From assembly GCA_963803145.1 (NCBI GenBank), contig CAWDLW010000025.1, positions 64,001 through 128,000 of the forward strand: a stretch of DNA of 64,000 nt, given 5' to 3'. The first letter of the stretch is position 1. Every line of letters begins with the position of its first letter. Under the pieces are notes generated by a model. It saw only the letters and a list, made by a program, of their open reading frames with translations, ran no database searches and had not been told where the DNA came from. A program made the position numbers and the translations under genes. Below are positions 39,335 through 48,859 of this stretch, piece after piece. The stretch is from Methanotrichaceae archaeon. Its GTDB lineage: Archaea; Halobacteriota; Methanosarcinia; Methanotrichales; Methanotrichaceae.

Positions 39335-40066
39335 ATGAATCAAAAGTTGGTTGTTCTTGCGATCATCATAATTGCCCTAGTGGGAACGGTGAGCGCTGCC
39401 AACTACATGTATGAAAAATCATCTGTAAAAGGCGTAGGTTACAGAAACCTGGAGATTATAATCTCCACCCAAAGTGGCTTTGGCGGAGACAAGCTGGTGG
39501 AGAAGCAATCCGGATCGGGAAATGTGATAACATCGAATATCGAGGTTGAAGCAGAGAGACAGCTGAATCCTGACGGCAGCGCACTTGCGAATTGCAATTA
39601 CGCAAATTCAATTCCAATGGACTACATTAACTTCACTTCGGATCAAGAGCTAGAGTACATGCCTGTCTCATATCAGACTGGAACATACGATCAGAAGTGG
39701 ATAGATAAGCTATGTGTCCAGAACTACCAGATCGGCGCCGTCATGACAGAGATGTACACTCATGCAGAGCACCTGCAGAAGACAACTGAGGTCAAGACCA
39801 GATCTTACGGCACTCAGACAGCCACACCTTGCTGTACAGGCGTTCTCGAGGCCAACATCAACAGCAACGTCATAGGCGTTGCCCATATCGGATGGCTATC
39901 CAGGGATCCGCAAGCAAACAGCCCGACATCGCTCAAGGGACGCCACGCAGAATATGGCAGGTCCGTTGAGGATCTGACTGGTGTCTTCTCAATCGAGAAG
40001 TTCATCCAGCTCTGGGGCAACTCCACGTGCGGCTCAATCAGTGTTGATTGGCTGCCCTGTGTGTAA
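39335..40066 (+). CDS. Secreted Cys-rich structural protein, paralogue 3
   Basis: GGAGGT RBS; ANYMYEK N-terminus; C-terminal half almost identical to paralogues 1 and 2; ends DWLPCV. Confidence 0.6.
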   Translation: MNQKLVVLAIIIIALVGTVSAANYMYEKSSVKGVGYRNLEIIISTQSGFGGDKLVEKQSGSGNVITSNIEVEAERQLNPDGSALANCNYANSIPMDYINFTSDQELEYMPVSYQTGTYDQKWIDKLCVQNYQIGAVMTEMYTHAEHLQKTTEVKTRSYGTQTATPCCTGVLEANINSNVIGVAHIGWLSRDPQANSPTSLKGRHAEYGRSVEDLTGVFSIEKFIQLWGNSTCGSISVDWLPCV

Positions 40067-40171
40067 ATAAGCTTAAATGAAAAACGGCTCCAGAATAAAC
40101 TGGAGCTGCAATCCTTTTATGAAAAATGTTTCATAAGCCTAAAGCATCCGATCGTTCAGATGCATTTAGTA

Positions 40172-42406
40172 TTACGACCTATTAGTGTTATTTCCTGGTT
40201 CAAGACTCACGTTTATAATCCTGCCCTCAAGGACATCCTTCTCGCTTACGCTTATATTCTGTGTTCTTATGCCTTTGTCGTTGCCAGAGAATATCATATA
40301 TGGATCAAGGGCATGAGTCCCATATTTGTTCTCTGTGGAATAAGGAACCCTTATCTCATACTTGCCGTCTCTTGGCGATCCCTCGTTAATATAATAGAAC
40401 TCTTTGCCTTGATTGGAGGTCAAGTTCAGTAGTGCGCCTACCTTCTGATTGGGTGCTGTGCTCACCTTTATTAATGCGCCCGGAACATATTCGAAGATCT
40501 TTATCATACTATCGGGATTCTCAGTGCCAATAAGCGTAGGCGATCCATAAACCAGCCTGAAGTGCCCCATGCCTGCACCATTGAAAAAGTAAAGGCGTGC
40601 CATAGTCGTGTTCATAAGCTTCTGTGTGGGTGTGGCTTCAAAATCCGAGCCAGAATCCTTAACCGATAAGTAGCTGGCGGGGTCCTCATTTGCCCAGGCT
40701 GCAATGCCAGGCAGCTTGCTGTAAAGCATATTATAGTCCACGAGAACATACTTGGATTTTTTCGCATCAAGCACTGCAGTTGAGGCCGATTCATCACTAG
40801 AGAGATAGAATTTCACAGAATCCGCCACCCCAGACTGGAAATTGTCTGCAATCACCGGCCGCTTTGCGAGGTAAACCACCCAGTTTCCATAATCCCAGAA
40901 GTTCATAATGCCGTACTCAGGGGTTTTTTCGGGGTTTTCATAAAAACTGGTGGAATTGCTGTTACTCTCAAGCCAGTTTAAGGACTCGTACCAATCACCT
41001 ACTGTCTGTGGGACATTGCTTGTGAAATTCATGGTCTCAGATACGGTAGGCAAGATCAAAAGCAATAGCAACACTGTAGCCAGGGCTTTCGAGGACTTCC
41101 CCAAAGCGTCACGTTTGCTAATTGCATCTAGTGCCCAGAAGAAGAGAACGCTTATCAGTATTCCCATTGCAATTGTGGAGAGGTAGAGGAATCTTATCTG
41201 TGATACTGTCAGCAAAAGAGATGCAACTGCCCATGTTAGAATAAAGAGCTGGCCCTTCTCCTCCGCACCTTTTTGTTTGATATATATGGCTAGAACAACA
41301 AGCCCGACCAAAGAGAGGAGCAGGTTCAAGATAAGGTTCCAGCCCAAACTGGAGACGAGCGAGTATGAGAACAGATTCCCGGAATTGGATAAGAGGGGTT
41401 CTGCCTCAGAGATCTTTCCGCTCATTCCCCCTGAAAAGAGAAAATCACCGCCTGATTGAATGAGCGCACCCATATCAAATAAGCTGCCAAAGAGCCTGAA
41501 GAGAACTGTAATGGCACCGGCAATGGCTAATAGAGCCAAAGGGAAGATGGTCCAGTTAATATTCTTCTCGAGGCAAACTTTAGATATTGCGAACATAAGC
41601 AGCATTGCCACAATTGAAGCAGCTATTCCTACGAAGGATGGCAGGAGCCAGGGCGCATTCCAGAAAGGCAATGTGAAGATTAACGCAACTCCAAAAGCCA
41701 ATAAAAATGTGGTTGCAAACTCTTTTGATTGTATCCCGCTCTTCAAATTATATGCCGTTTGAATGGCTACATAAACTAGAATTATCCCCAGATAGATATC
41801 TGCGCCCAACCATGTATAAGCCAGTGCAGCCATCATTATGCCTGAGACTATAGCGAAGACATTTCTCTTTTCTGTCCTTTTGAGGGCCAAAATCAGAAAT
41901 AGAATAGAACTAAGGAAAAGCAAGACCTCTAGTCCATGATGATCAGTCGCACCAATATCTGTTTTCGGTATATAGTAAGGAGATATTGCTGCCATGAATG
42001 CTGAAAAAAGTGCAATATTGCTGTTGAAGGCAGCTTTGGCCAAATAATAGACGACTACAACGGCTACAGTCCCGATAACTACAGGAACCATAGCAGCTAC
42101 CATCGCAATCCCGGGCGGTGTATGCTGGCCCAAAGCAATAGAAAACAATGCGGATAGCTGATCGAAGAGGGGAGGCCACGTCAGGCTTAGGCCGTGGGGA
42201 TAATTAAGATACGAATCGAACCAGAGTGTGTTGGGGAAGTGGTTTGCGGTATATAAAATTCTGCGCATATGATAATACTCATCAGCACCATCCGGTAGAA
42301 TGCCATTTTCCGTAAGGGAGTATCTTCCTGCAAACAACCTTAACAAAAGGCCCAGCAGGGCTACTGCCAACACTTCCGCTGGCTCATACCTTTTCGCACG
42401 GTCCAT
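40172..42406 (-). CDS. aglB: Oligosaccharyltransferase AglB (STT3 family)
   Basis: D.YYH.R, DHH, ISE..PL, FWDYG (WWDYG variant) and DNFQ motifs; many TMs. Confidence 0.92.
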   Translation of the reverse strand: MDRAKRYEPAEVLAVALLGLLLRLFAGRYSLTENGILPDGADEYYHMRRILYTANHFPNTLWFDSYLNYPHGLSLTWPPLFDQLSALFSIALGQHTPPGIAMVAAMVPVVIGTVAVVVVYYLAKAAFNSNIALFSAFMAAISPYYIPKTDIGATDHHGLEVLLFLSSILFLILALKRTEKRNVFAIVSGIMMAALAYTWLGADIYLGIILVYVAIQTAYNLKSGIQSKEFATTFLLAFGVALIFTLPFWNAPWLLPSFVGIAASIVAMLLMFAISKVCLEKNINWTIFPLALLAIAGAITVLFRLFGSLFDMGALIQSGGDFLFSGGMSGKISEAEPLLSNSGNLFSYSLVSSLGWNLILNLLLSLVGLVVLAIYIKQKGAEEKGQLFILTWAVASLLLTVSQIRFLYLSTIAMGILISVLFFWALDAISKRDALGKSSKALATVLLLLLILPTVSETMNFTSNVPQTVGDWYESLNWLESNSNSTSFYENPEKTPEYGIMNFWDYGNWVVYLAKRPVIADNFQSGVADSVKFYLSSDESASTAVLDAKKSKYVLVDYNMLYSKLPGIAAWANEDPASYLSVKDSGSDFEATPTQKLMNTTMARLYFFNGAGMGHFRLVYGSPTLIGTENPDSMIKIFEYVPGALIKVSTAPNQKVGALLNLTSNQGKEFYYINEGSPRDGKYEIRVPYSTENKYGTHALDPYMIFSGNDKGIRTQNISVSEKDVLEGRIINVSLEPGNNTNRS

Positions 42407-42476
42407 ATGGCCCGATAAGAGAGATCCATATATAAGAATATGGCTTCAATAGCTTGGATCGAAAAATGCTTAACGG

Positions 42477-43756
42477 GTCAGTTACCTGCTACCTAAAGGA
42501 AGCGGGCTTGCCTCCTGATTATATCGAGGCTTCAGAGAATACTGACGAATCCTCACTAGCCCGAAGGCTAGTAAATCTGTTTCGAATGTTGAAGGCGGCA
42601 TTGAGGTCTGCATGAATCGAGAAACCGCAATGAGGGCAAGAGAAAGCATGTCTGTTCCTATTTCCATGAAGGCCACACCTGGAGCATATCTTAGAGGTAT
42701 TCTTGGGGTCAATCTTGGCTACGACGCCCTTTCCCTGCACCTTGTAGCTGACCATGTTGAAGATCATGCCACGAGGCCAGACAGAGAACCGCCTATCCCA
42801 TGCCTTAGTACCGTGCTTCCCTTGCTCAAAATCCAGATCCTCGAATACAAGAACGCAATTCTCAGGAGCCCATTCGACAAGCTTCTTAGAAGCGCAGTTA
42901 CAGAAGTCTTTTGTTCTACGAGATCGCTTGACTTTCAGCCGTTTGAGGGCTCGAGCAACACTTCGAGTATTTTTTCCCTCTGCCTTTCTTTGAGCAAGCT
43001 TTCTCTGGAGTCGTTTTATTGTCTTAGAAGTACGCCTGTTCTTAATTTTTCGATCCAGACCGCTTATGAACAGCTCATTTCCATCAGCATCAACAGCTAC
43101 AATAGCATTGGTTTCGTTGAGGTCGATTCCGATAGGATGAACTCCTTTAACATCAGGAAATTCAATCGTGTAGGCGACATAACCAACGAGCTTACCACCG
43201 AGATTCTTGACTATGATACTATCGAATTCAGTAGCATTATAAAACTCTTCGTTGAACGCTTCAGGGATAATATACTTAAGGTGCTTTCTACCGTCGATTG
43301 TGGAAATGCTCAAAATTCCATCCCTCATGAAGTTGGCATCTCTTCCTCTCTTTCCAACAAGGAAAAGAGCAAAAGGTCGATGCCAATTGAAAGGATGATT
43401 CAATGCATGTCCATTCTTCTTAGCCGAAGCATAAGCACCGGCAGTCAACCTAATGCTAGTGCAAGTAAGCTGGCTGGAAACAGTTCCTTTGACAATATCA
43501 TAAACTCTTCGATGCAGATCAAGAGCTTTGAGAGGTTTGCCAAAATTCCAGGCAGTTTTGGATATGCTATTGCATATCTGAGTGAAGCTATCGAGCGTAT
43601 TGATGAGGGATTCATCATACTCGATAACTATCTGCAAGGTTTTTTGATCAAACATCAATTAGAAGATACCACTATACGAATAAATACTTTACTGATATAT
43701 GGAGGTGTGTAAGGCGCAATTTCTCCTTTTAAGGGAGTGATCTCCTTGTGCCGACG
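42477..43756 (-). mobile_element. tnpB-only IS200/IS605-family (IS1341-like) element
   Basis: Right-end hairpin GCAAGCCCGCTTCCTTTAGGTAGCAGGTAACTGAC on the minus strand; left-end-like motif GGCGCAATTTCTCCTTTTAAGGGAGTGATCTCCTTGTGCC at ~43713-43752; no tnpA. Left boundary approximate. Confidence 0.75.
42519..43655 (-). CDS. tnpB: RNA-guided endonuclease TnpB
   Basis: RuvC D (GIDLN), E (VFEDL) and D (HADLNAA); Zn finger CSRC/CPHC; TSK motif. Confidence 0.93.
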   Translation of the reverse strand: MFDQKTLQIVIEYDESLINTLDSFTQICNSISKTAWNFGKPLKALDLHRRVYDIVKGTVSSQLTCTSIRLTAGAYASAKKNGHALNHPFNWHRPFALFLVGKRGRDANFMRDGILSISTIDGRKHLKYIIPEAFNEEFYNATEFDSIIVKNLGGKLVGYVAYTIEFPDVKGVHPIGIDLNETNAIVAVDADGNELFISGLDRKIKNRRTSKTIKRLQRKLAQRKAEGKNTRSVARALKRLKVKRSRRTKDFCNCASKKLVEWAPENCVLVFEDLDFEQGKHGTKAWDRRFSVWPRGMIFNMVSYKVQGKGVVAKIDPKNTSKICSRCGLHGNRNRHAFSCPHCGFSIHADLNAAFNIRNRFTSLRASEDSSVFSEASI

Positions 43757-43759
43757 ATT

Positions 43760-44905
43760 ATGGAACTACAACTGGAACGCGTGCCCCTTGTAAGCCTGAT
43801 AATTCCTACCAGAGACGAAGCAAATGCTGTTTGCGAATGTATCCAGCGAGCTAACGAAATCTTCGATGAGATTGGCATAGAGGGAGAGACCATAGTTGCA
43901 GATAGCTCCACTGATGGAACTGCAGAGATAGCCTCCTCCTGTGGGGCAAGAGTTGTCAAGCCTAAAAAATTGGGCTATGGGAATGCATATCTTGCTGGGT
44001 TTGAGCAGGCAAAGGGGAAGTATATCGTGCTTATGGATGGCGATTTGACATACGATCCCAGAGAGATGAAGGGCATGCTTTCACTCCTTCAGAATGGCAA
44101 CTTCGATATGGTCATTGGATCGAGGCTGAGGGGAAAGATAAGACCTGGAGCAATGCCTGCACTCCATAGGTATATAGGAAATCCGTTCTTAACCTGGCTG
44201 TTGAATACGCTGTTTTACACTGGAATATCCGATGCCCACTGCGGCATGAGGGTGATAACCAGGGACTCGCTGGACAGGTTAAATCTCAGGACCGGGGGAA
44301 TGGAGTTCGCCTCAGAGATGGTGATCGAGGCATCCCGTAAAGGTCTAAGGATAGCAGAGGTTCCAATCACCTACTACCCACGCAAAGGCGAATCTAAGCT
44401 AAGTTCCTTTTCGGACGGCTGGAGACATATCCGATTTATGATGCTCTACAGGCCAGTACCCTTTCTTCTCATTCCCGGAGGAGCAGCCTTAGCATTGGGC
44501 CTAAGCCTGGCCATTGGAGTTCTGATGCAGGGTGGATCCAGAATGCACTCCTTAATCCTGGGCAGCCTATTACTCGTAATAGGATACCAGATGCTCCTTG
44601 CAGGCCTTTACTTCGGCGCATTCGGTGAAGCCTATGGCGTATCGGGCAGATCCAAAATTATAAAAAAGCTAATGAGCTACCATTCTCTGGAGAAGGAGCT
44701 AGTTCTTGGTATGATATTGCTGGTGTTTGGCATTGTACTAGGAATAAAGGTTCTTCTAAGCTGGAGCGCCGTGGGATTCGGCTCTCTTGATGCTGTTCAA
44801 AATGCAATGATGGCAATGATACTATCCATTCTGGGGATACAGACCATTTTCTCAGGGATGTTCATAAGTCTGCTTCTGCTGGGCAATGGACCTGAGGAGG
44901 TTTAG
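43760..44905 (+). CDS. GT2 glycosyltransferase (polyprenol/dolichol-phosphate glycosyltransferase-like) with C-terminal TMs
   Basis: SLIIP..DE, D.STDGT, GYG.A, MDGD.TY, G.RL.G and SD.H.GMR motifs. Confidence 0.9.
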   Translation: MELQLERVPLVSLIIPTRDEANAVCECIQRANEIFDEIGIEGETIVADSSTDGTAEIASSCGARVVKPKKLGYGNAYLAGFEQAKGKYIVLMDGDLTYDPREMKGMLSLLQNGNFDMVIGSRLRGKIRPGAMPALHRYIGNPFLTWLLNTLFYTGISDAHCGMRVITRDSLDRLNLRTGGMEFASEMVIEASRKGLRIAEVPITYYPRKGESKLSSFSDGWRHIRFMMLYRPVPFLLIPGGAALALGLSLAIGVLMQGGSRMHSLILGSLLLVIGYQMLLAGLYFGAFGEAYGVSGRSKIIKKLMSYHSLEKELVLGMILLVFGIVLGIKVLLSWSAVGFGSLDAVQNAMMAMILSILGIQTIFSGMFISLLLLGNGPEEV

Positions 44906-44931
44906 GGGGGATATCCTCCTCTGCGGCCAGA

Positions 44932-46055
44932 ATGAAAATCGCATACATCTACGATGCTGCGTATCCCTGGGTCAAAGGGGGCGCTGAGAAGAGGATCTAT
45001 GAGATCTCCCGTAGGCTTGCAGAGCGAGGACATGAGATCCATTGTTATAGCATGAAATGGTGGGAGGGCAGCAAAGATATCCTCGACGGGGGGGTATATC
45101 AGCATGGCATCTGCGAGCCCGTGAAACTCTATTCTGGAGAAAGGAGGTCGATTAAGGAGGCAGCTTACTTCGCCTCTAAGGTTCTCATTTCTATAGGCGA
45201 TAATTTTGATATCGTAGATTGCCAGAATTTTCCATATCTTCCCTGCTTCTCGGCAAAACTTCTGTGCAGCTTGAATAGACAGGAGCTATTCATTACCTGG
45301 CATGAGGTATGGGGAGATTACTGGCATGAGTATCTTGGAAGGAAAGGCGCCTTCGGCAGGTCGATTGAATTGGCAGCTTCCAGGCTGACAAACAAAAACA
45401 TTGCAGTTTCGAACAGAACCAAACGTGATCTGGAGGGATTGGGCTGCAGGTGCGTCCAGGTAGTTCCCAATGGCATAGATTTCGAGGGTATTGATAGGGT
45501 AAAGGCTTCTCGCAAGGAATCAGATATCGTTTATGTGGGGCGGTTAGTCAGGCATAAGAATGTGGACCTGCTGATCAGGGCTGTACACCTTATATCAAAT
45601 GAAGTCCCAGACATACGAGCGATAATAATGGGTGATGGCCCGGATATGGAGAAGCTAAAGGCTTTAACTCAAGATCTCAGTTTGGAGAGGAATGTGGAGT
45701 TCACTGGGTTTCTTGAGAGCTATGACGAAGCTCTGGCGTTAATGAAGTCCTCGCGTGTATTTGCATCGCCCTCGACCAGAGAGGGTTTTGGGATGGCAGC
45801 TTTGGAAGCGAATGCTTGCGGCTTGCCTGTTATAACTGTGAACCACAGAATGAATGCTGTGTGCGATCTCGTGACTGAGGGCACAGGGCGGGTCTGTGAG
45901 CCATCGGCAAAAGCATGGCTGAAGCGATCTTGGAAGAACTAAATTTGAGGGAAAATCTTAGCGCAAAATATATAGAGTGCGCGAGAGGCTATGATTGGGA
46001 TGAGATATCTCGCCTTGCTGAAATGTTCTACAAGACAGGGAAATCCAGAGAATGA
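44932..46055 (+). pseudogene. GT4 glycosyltransferase with a frameshift near the 3' end
   Basis: GGAE.R, VGRLV.HK and EGFG...LEA motifs. The ORF stops at 45942, but the typical C-terminus (…ARGYDWDEISRLAEMFY) continues in another frame to TGA 46055. Confidence 0.8.
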
Positions 46056-46750
46056 AACCACAATCCCTTTATCGTAGCGCGGAAAATGAGAACCGAAAGA
46101 TTATCCTGAGTATGATCGAGGAGAACTCCGGAGCTAAAATTATTGATTTGGGCTGTGGGGACGGAAGCTTCGCAATAAAGATAGCGGAAAAAGCTATGGC
46201 AAAAGATATTTATGGAGTTGAATTTCTCAATGAAGCTGCCAGAGCGGCTAGAGATAGAGGCATTCGGGCTTACAATGCAGATCTGAATGAAAGTCTCCCG
46301 TTCGAAAGTGGATCCTTCGATATTGTTCACGCAAACCAGATCATAGAACACCTAGTCAATACAGACACTTTCATTAAAGAAATTTACAGGATATTAAAGT
46401 TTGGCGGATATGTTGTGGTTTCTACCCCCAATCTGGCCAGCCTTCATAATATCTTTTCTCTTGTTTTAGGAAAGCAGCCCTTTCCAGCTCATGTAAGCAA
46501 CGAGATCATTCTTGGGAATATCTTCAATCCAAATCATGGAATGAGGTACGGGAGTAAGGGCGAGGTTCATCTGAGAATTTTCACCCATGAATCTCTCAAG
46601 GAGTTATTCGAGTATTATGGTTTCAAAGTTGAAATGATAGTTGGGGTGGGATTTTATCCATTTCCCCGGACAATTGCCTCTATTCTATCCAGGATTGATG
46701 GAACTCATTCTGTGTACCTTACCATGAAAGCAAGAAAGGTAGAATCGTAG
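46052..46750 (+). CDS. Class I SAM-dependent methyltransferase
   Basis: IDLGCGDG, LPF...SFD, IIEH and LK.GG motifs. Confidence 0.9.
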   Translation: MKPQSLYRSAENENRKIILSMIEENSGAKIIDLGCGDGSFAIKIAEKAMAKDIYGVEFLNEAARAARDRGIRAYNADLNESLPFESGSFDIVHANQIIEHLVNTDTFIKEIYRILKFGGYVVVSTPNLASLHNIFSLVLGKQPFPAHVSNEIILGNIFNPNHGMRYGSKGEVHLRIFTHESLKELFEYYGFKVEMIVGVGFYPFPRTIASILSRIDGTHSVYLTMKARKVES

Positions 46751-46928
46751 GAAATAATGATTTTGATAGTAATTCTCCGACTTTGTGTTTATTTAGACAA
46801 GCATGTACAGAACCATTTCAAGAACTACGCTAAGCATATGCTGGCAAATCCAGAAATACTACGTTTGGGCCTGTAAGTATGTTTTAGGTAGCTTAAAATA
46901 GGGCGAGAACAGGCCTAAACTGGCCATC

Positions 46929-48059
46929 ATGAAGATATTGCAGACTCCAGTGAGGTTCTATCCTTACATAGGCGGGGTTGAGAATTATGTCTATAACCTG
47001 AGCAAGGCGCTGGTGGAGCTGGGCCACGATGTGACTGTCATCTGTGCCGACGAGCCCGATGGCTCTACAAGCGAGCAAATACACGGCATCAAGGTCAAAC
47101 GGCTGTCCTATTTTGGGAAAATTGCCAATACGAATATAACCCCTGGACTTCCACTTGCCATTCTGAAAGAGGACTTCGACATCATTCATACCCAGTTACC
47201 CACGCCATGGAGTGCTGATTGGAGCGCTCTTTTGGCAAAGGCCAAGGGAAAGCCTTTGGTTTTAACGTATCAAAATGACATTGTGGGAAGAGGGTCTGCA
47301 GGTATTATCGCTGGGCTTTACAACTTCACAGGATTACCGCTTCTGCTGAGGACTGCGTCTCGAATAATAATTACACAGCCAAATTATATGAATTCGTCAG
47401 CTTATTTAAAAAGATATAAAAATAAACTTAACGTAGTGCCTGTTGGCGTGGATACTGATATATTCATGCCTAGTGTCATAGATGAGAAAAGAGCCAAAGG
47501 CGAAAAAGTACTTTTCTTTCTTGGATTATTAGATAGATTTCACAGATATAAGGGTCTCGATATCCTTCTCCAGGCTATGGTGATAGTGACAAGGCAGATG
47601 CCTGATGTCAAGCTGCTTGTCGGCGGAAATGGGGATCTTTTAGGCCATTATAGGGATGTTGCCGCTAGTCTGGGCCTTTCAAAAAACATAGAGTTTCTGG
47701 GGTTTGTGCCCGATGACATGTTGACGGAATATTATAACCGATGTGACGCCTTTGTCCTGCCTTCTGTATCTTCGGAGCAGGAGGGCTTCGGCATTGTTCT
47801 TTTGGAGGCAATGGCCTGTGAGAAGCCTGTGATAAGCACTGAGATCGTTGGTGTAGCAGATGATGTATTGAAGCTTAATACAGGGAGGATTGTTAAGCCG
47901 GGCGATATAAACGCACTGGCCAATGCCCTCCTTGAGATATTGGATGATGATGCTCTAGCGGAGGATATGGGACGCCGAGGGAGACGGCTTGTGGAGGAGA
48001 AGTATACCTGGAAGAAGGTAGGAAGGGATGTGCTGAGGATTTACGAGGAGCTTATATGA
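46929..48059 (+). CDS. GT4 glycosyltransferase
   Basis: P.IGGVE, YKG and EGFGIVLLEAMA motifs. Confidence 0.92.
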   Translation: MKILQTPVRFYPYIGGVENYVYNLSKALVELGHDVTVICADEPDGSTSEQIHGIKVKRLSYFGKIANTNITPGLPLAILKEDFDIIHTQLPTPWSADWSALLAKAKGKPLVLTYQNDIVGRGSAGIIAGLYNFTGLPLLLRTASRIIITQPNYMNSSAYLKRYKNKLNVVPVGVDTDIFMPSVIDEKRAKGEKVLFFLGLLDRFHRYKGLDILLQAMVIVTRQMPDVKLLVGGNGDLLGHYRDVAASLGLSKNIEFLGFVPDDMLTEYYNRCDAFVLPSVSSEQEGFGIVLLEAMACEKPVISTEIVGVADDVLKLNTGRIVKPGDINALANALLEILDDDALAEDMGRRGRRLVEEKYTWKKVGRDVLRIYEELI

Positions 48060-48859
48060 GCCCGCCCTTAGTCAGCGTCGTAATGAGTGTATACAATGAA
48101 GAGAATTATTTAAAGGAGACTATAGACAGCATATTGAATCAGACCTTCTCGGACTTCGAGTTTATTATCGTCAATGATGGATCTACTGATGGAACAGTCA
48201 GACTTTTAAATAAATATAAAGAAGTTGATAAAAGAATAAAGACGATCTCTAACCAGGAAAATATAGGCATAGCTGGATCAACGAACCGCGGCATAAAATA
48301 TGCCGCTGGCAAGTACATCGCCATTATAGATGCAGGAGATCTTGCCCACCCCCAGAGGTTGGAGAGGCAGGCGAATTTCCTGGAGTCTCACGATGATGTG
48401 TTTATCCTTGGGACGCAAGGGATATGGATCGCTGAGGATGGCCGAAGGATCGGAGATTGGAGGATGCCCTTGAAAGTTGACAGCAAGGCACTTTATGGAA
48501 TGGGTGGGGCGATTCATCCTTCGATCATGGCTAGAAGAGCCCTTTTTGATATTATTGGATTTTACGATGAGGGACTTGTTATGTCGCAGGAGTTCGATCT
48601 TTATATGCGGTGTCTTGAGAGCGATCTAGGCATGGCCAACCTTGATGATGAGCTTGTCTCCATAAGGGAAAGAGAAAAGGGGATGACTCTAAGTCATTTG
48701 AAGACTATACAGAGGAACCAGCTAAATCTCAAAATAAAGTATTTGCCACGATTTATTGGCGTTTGGAATATCTTCTATACCTTCAGAAGTTTTATCGGTT
48801 ATATTCTACCCTCTTTTGCGCTTTCGAGAATAATCAGGTCCAATCGAAGATCTAGGTGA
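48056..48859 (+). CDS. GT2 glycosyltransferase
   Basis: VSVVMSVYN, NDGSTDGT, D.GD...P.RLE.Q motifs. Confidence 0.9.
   Translation: MSPPLVSVVMSVYNEENYLKETIDSILNQTFSDFEFIIVNDGSTDGTVRLLNKYKEVDKRIKTISNQENIGIAGSTNRGIKYAAGKYIAIIDAGDLAHPQRLERQANFLESHDDVFILGTQGIWIAEDGRRIGDWRMPLKVDSKALYGMGGAIHPSIMARRALFDIIGFYDEGLVMSQEFDLYMRCLESDLGMANLDDELVSIREREKGMTLSHLKTIQRNQLNLKIKYLPRFIGVWNIFYTFRSFIGYILPSFALSRIIRSNRRSR

Noticed and set aside
42519-43655. Cas12f-type CRISPR effector
   Set aside because: No array nearby; IS200/IS605-type end structures flank the gene.
42612-43712. 366-aa + strand ORF
   Set aside because: Antisense shadow of tnpB with no recognisable motifs; it is not TnpA (no HUH/Y1 or serine recombinase signature).
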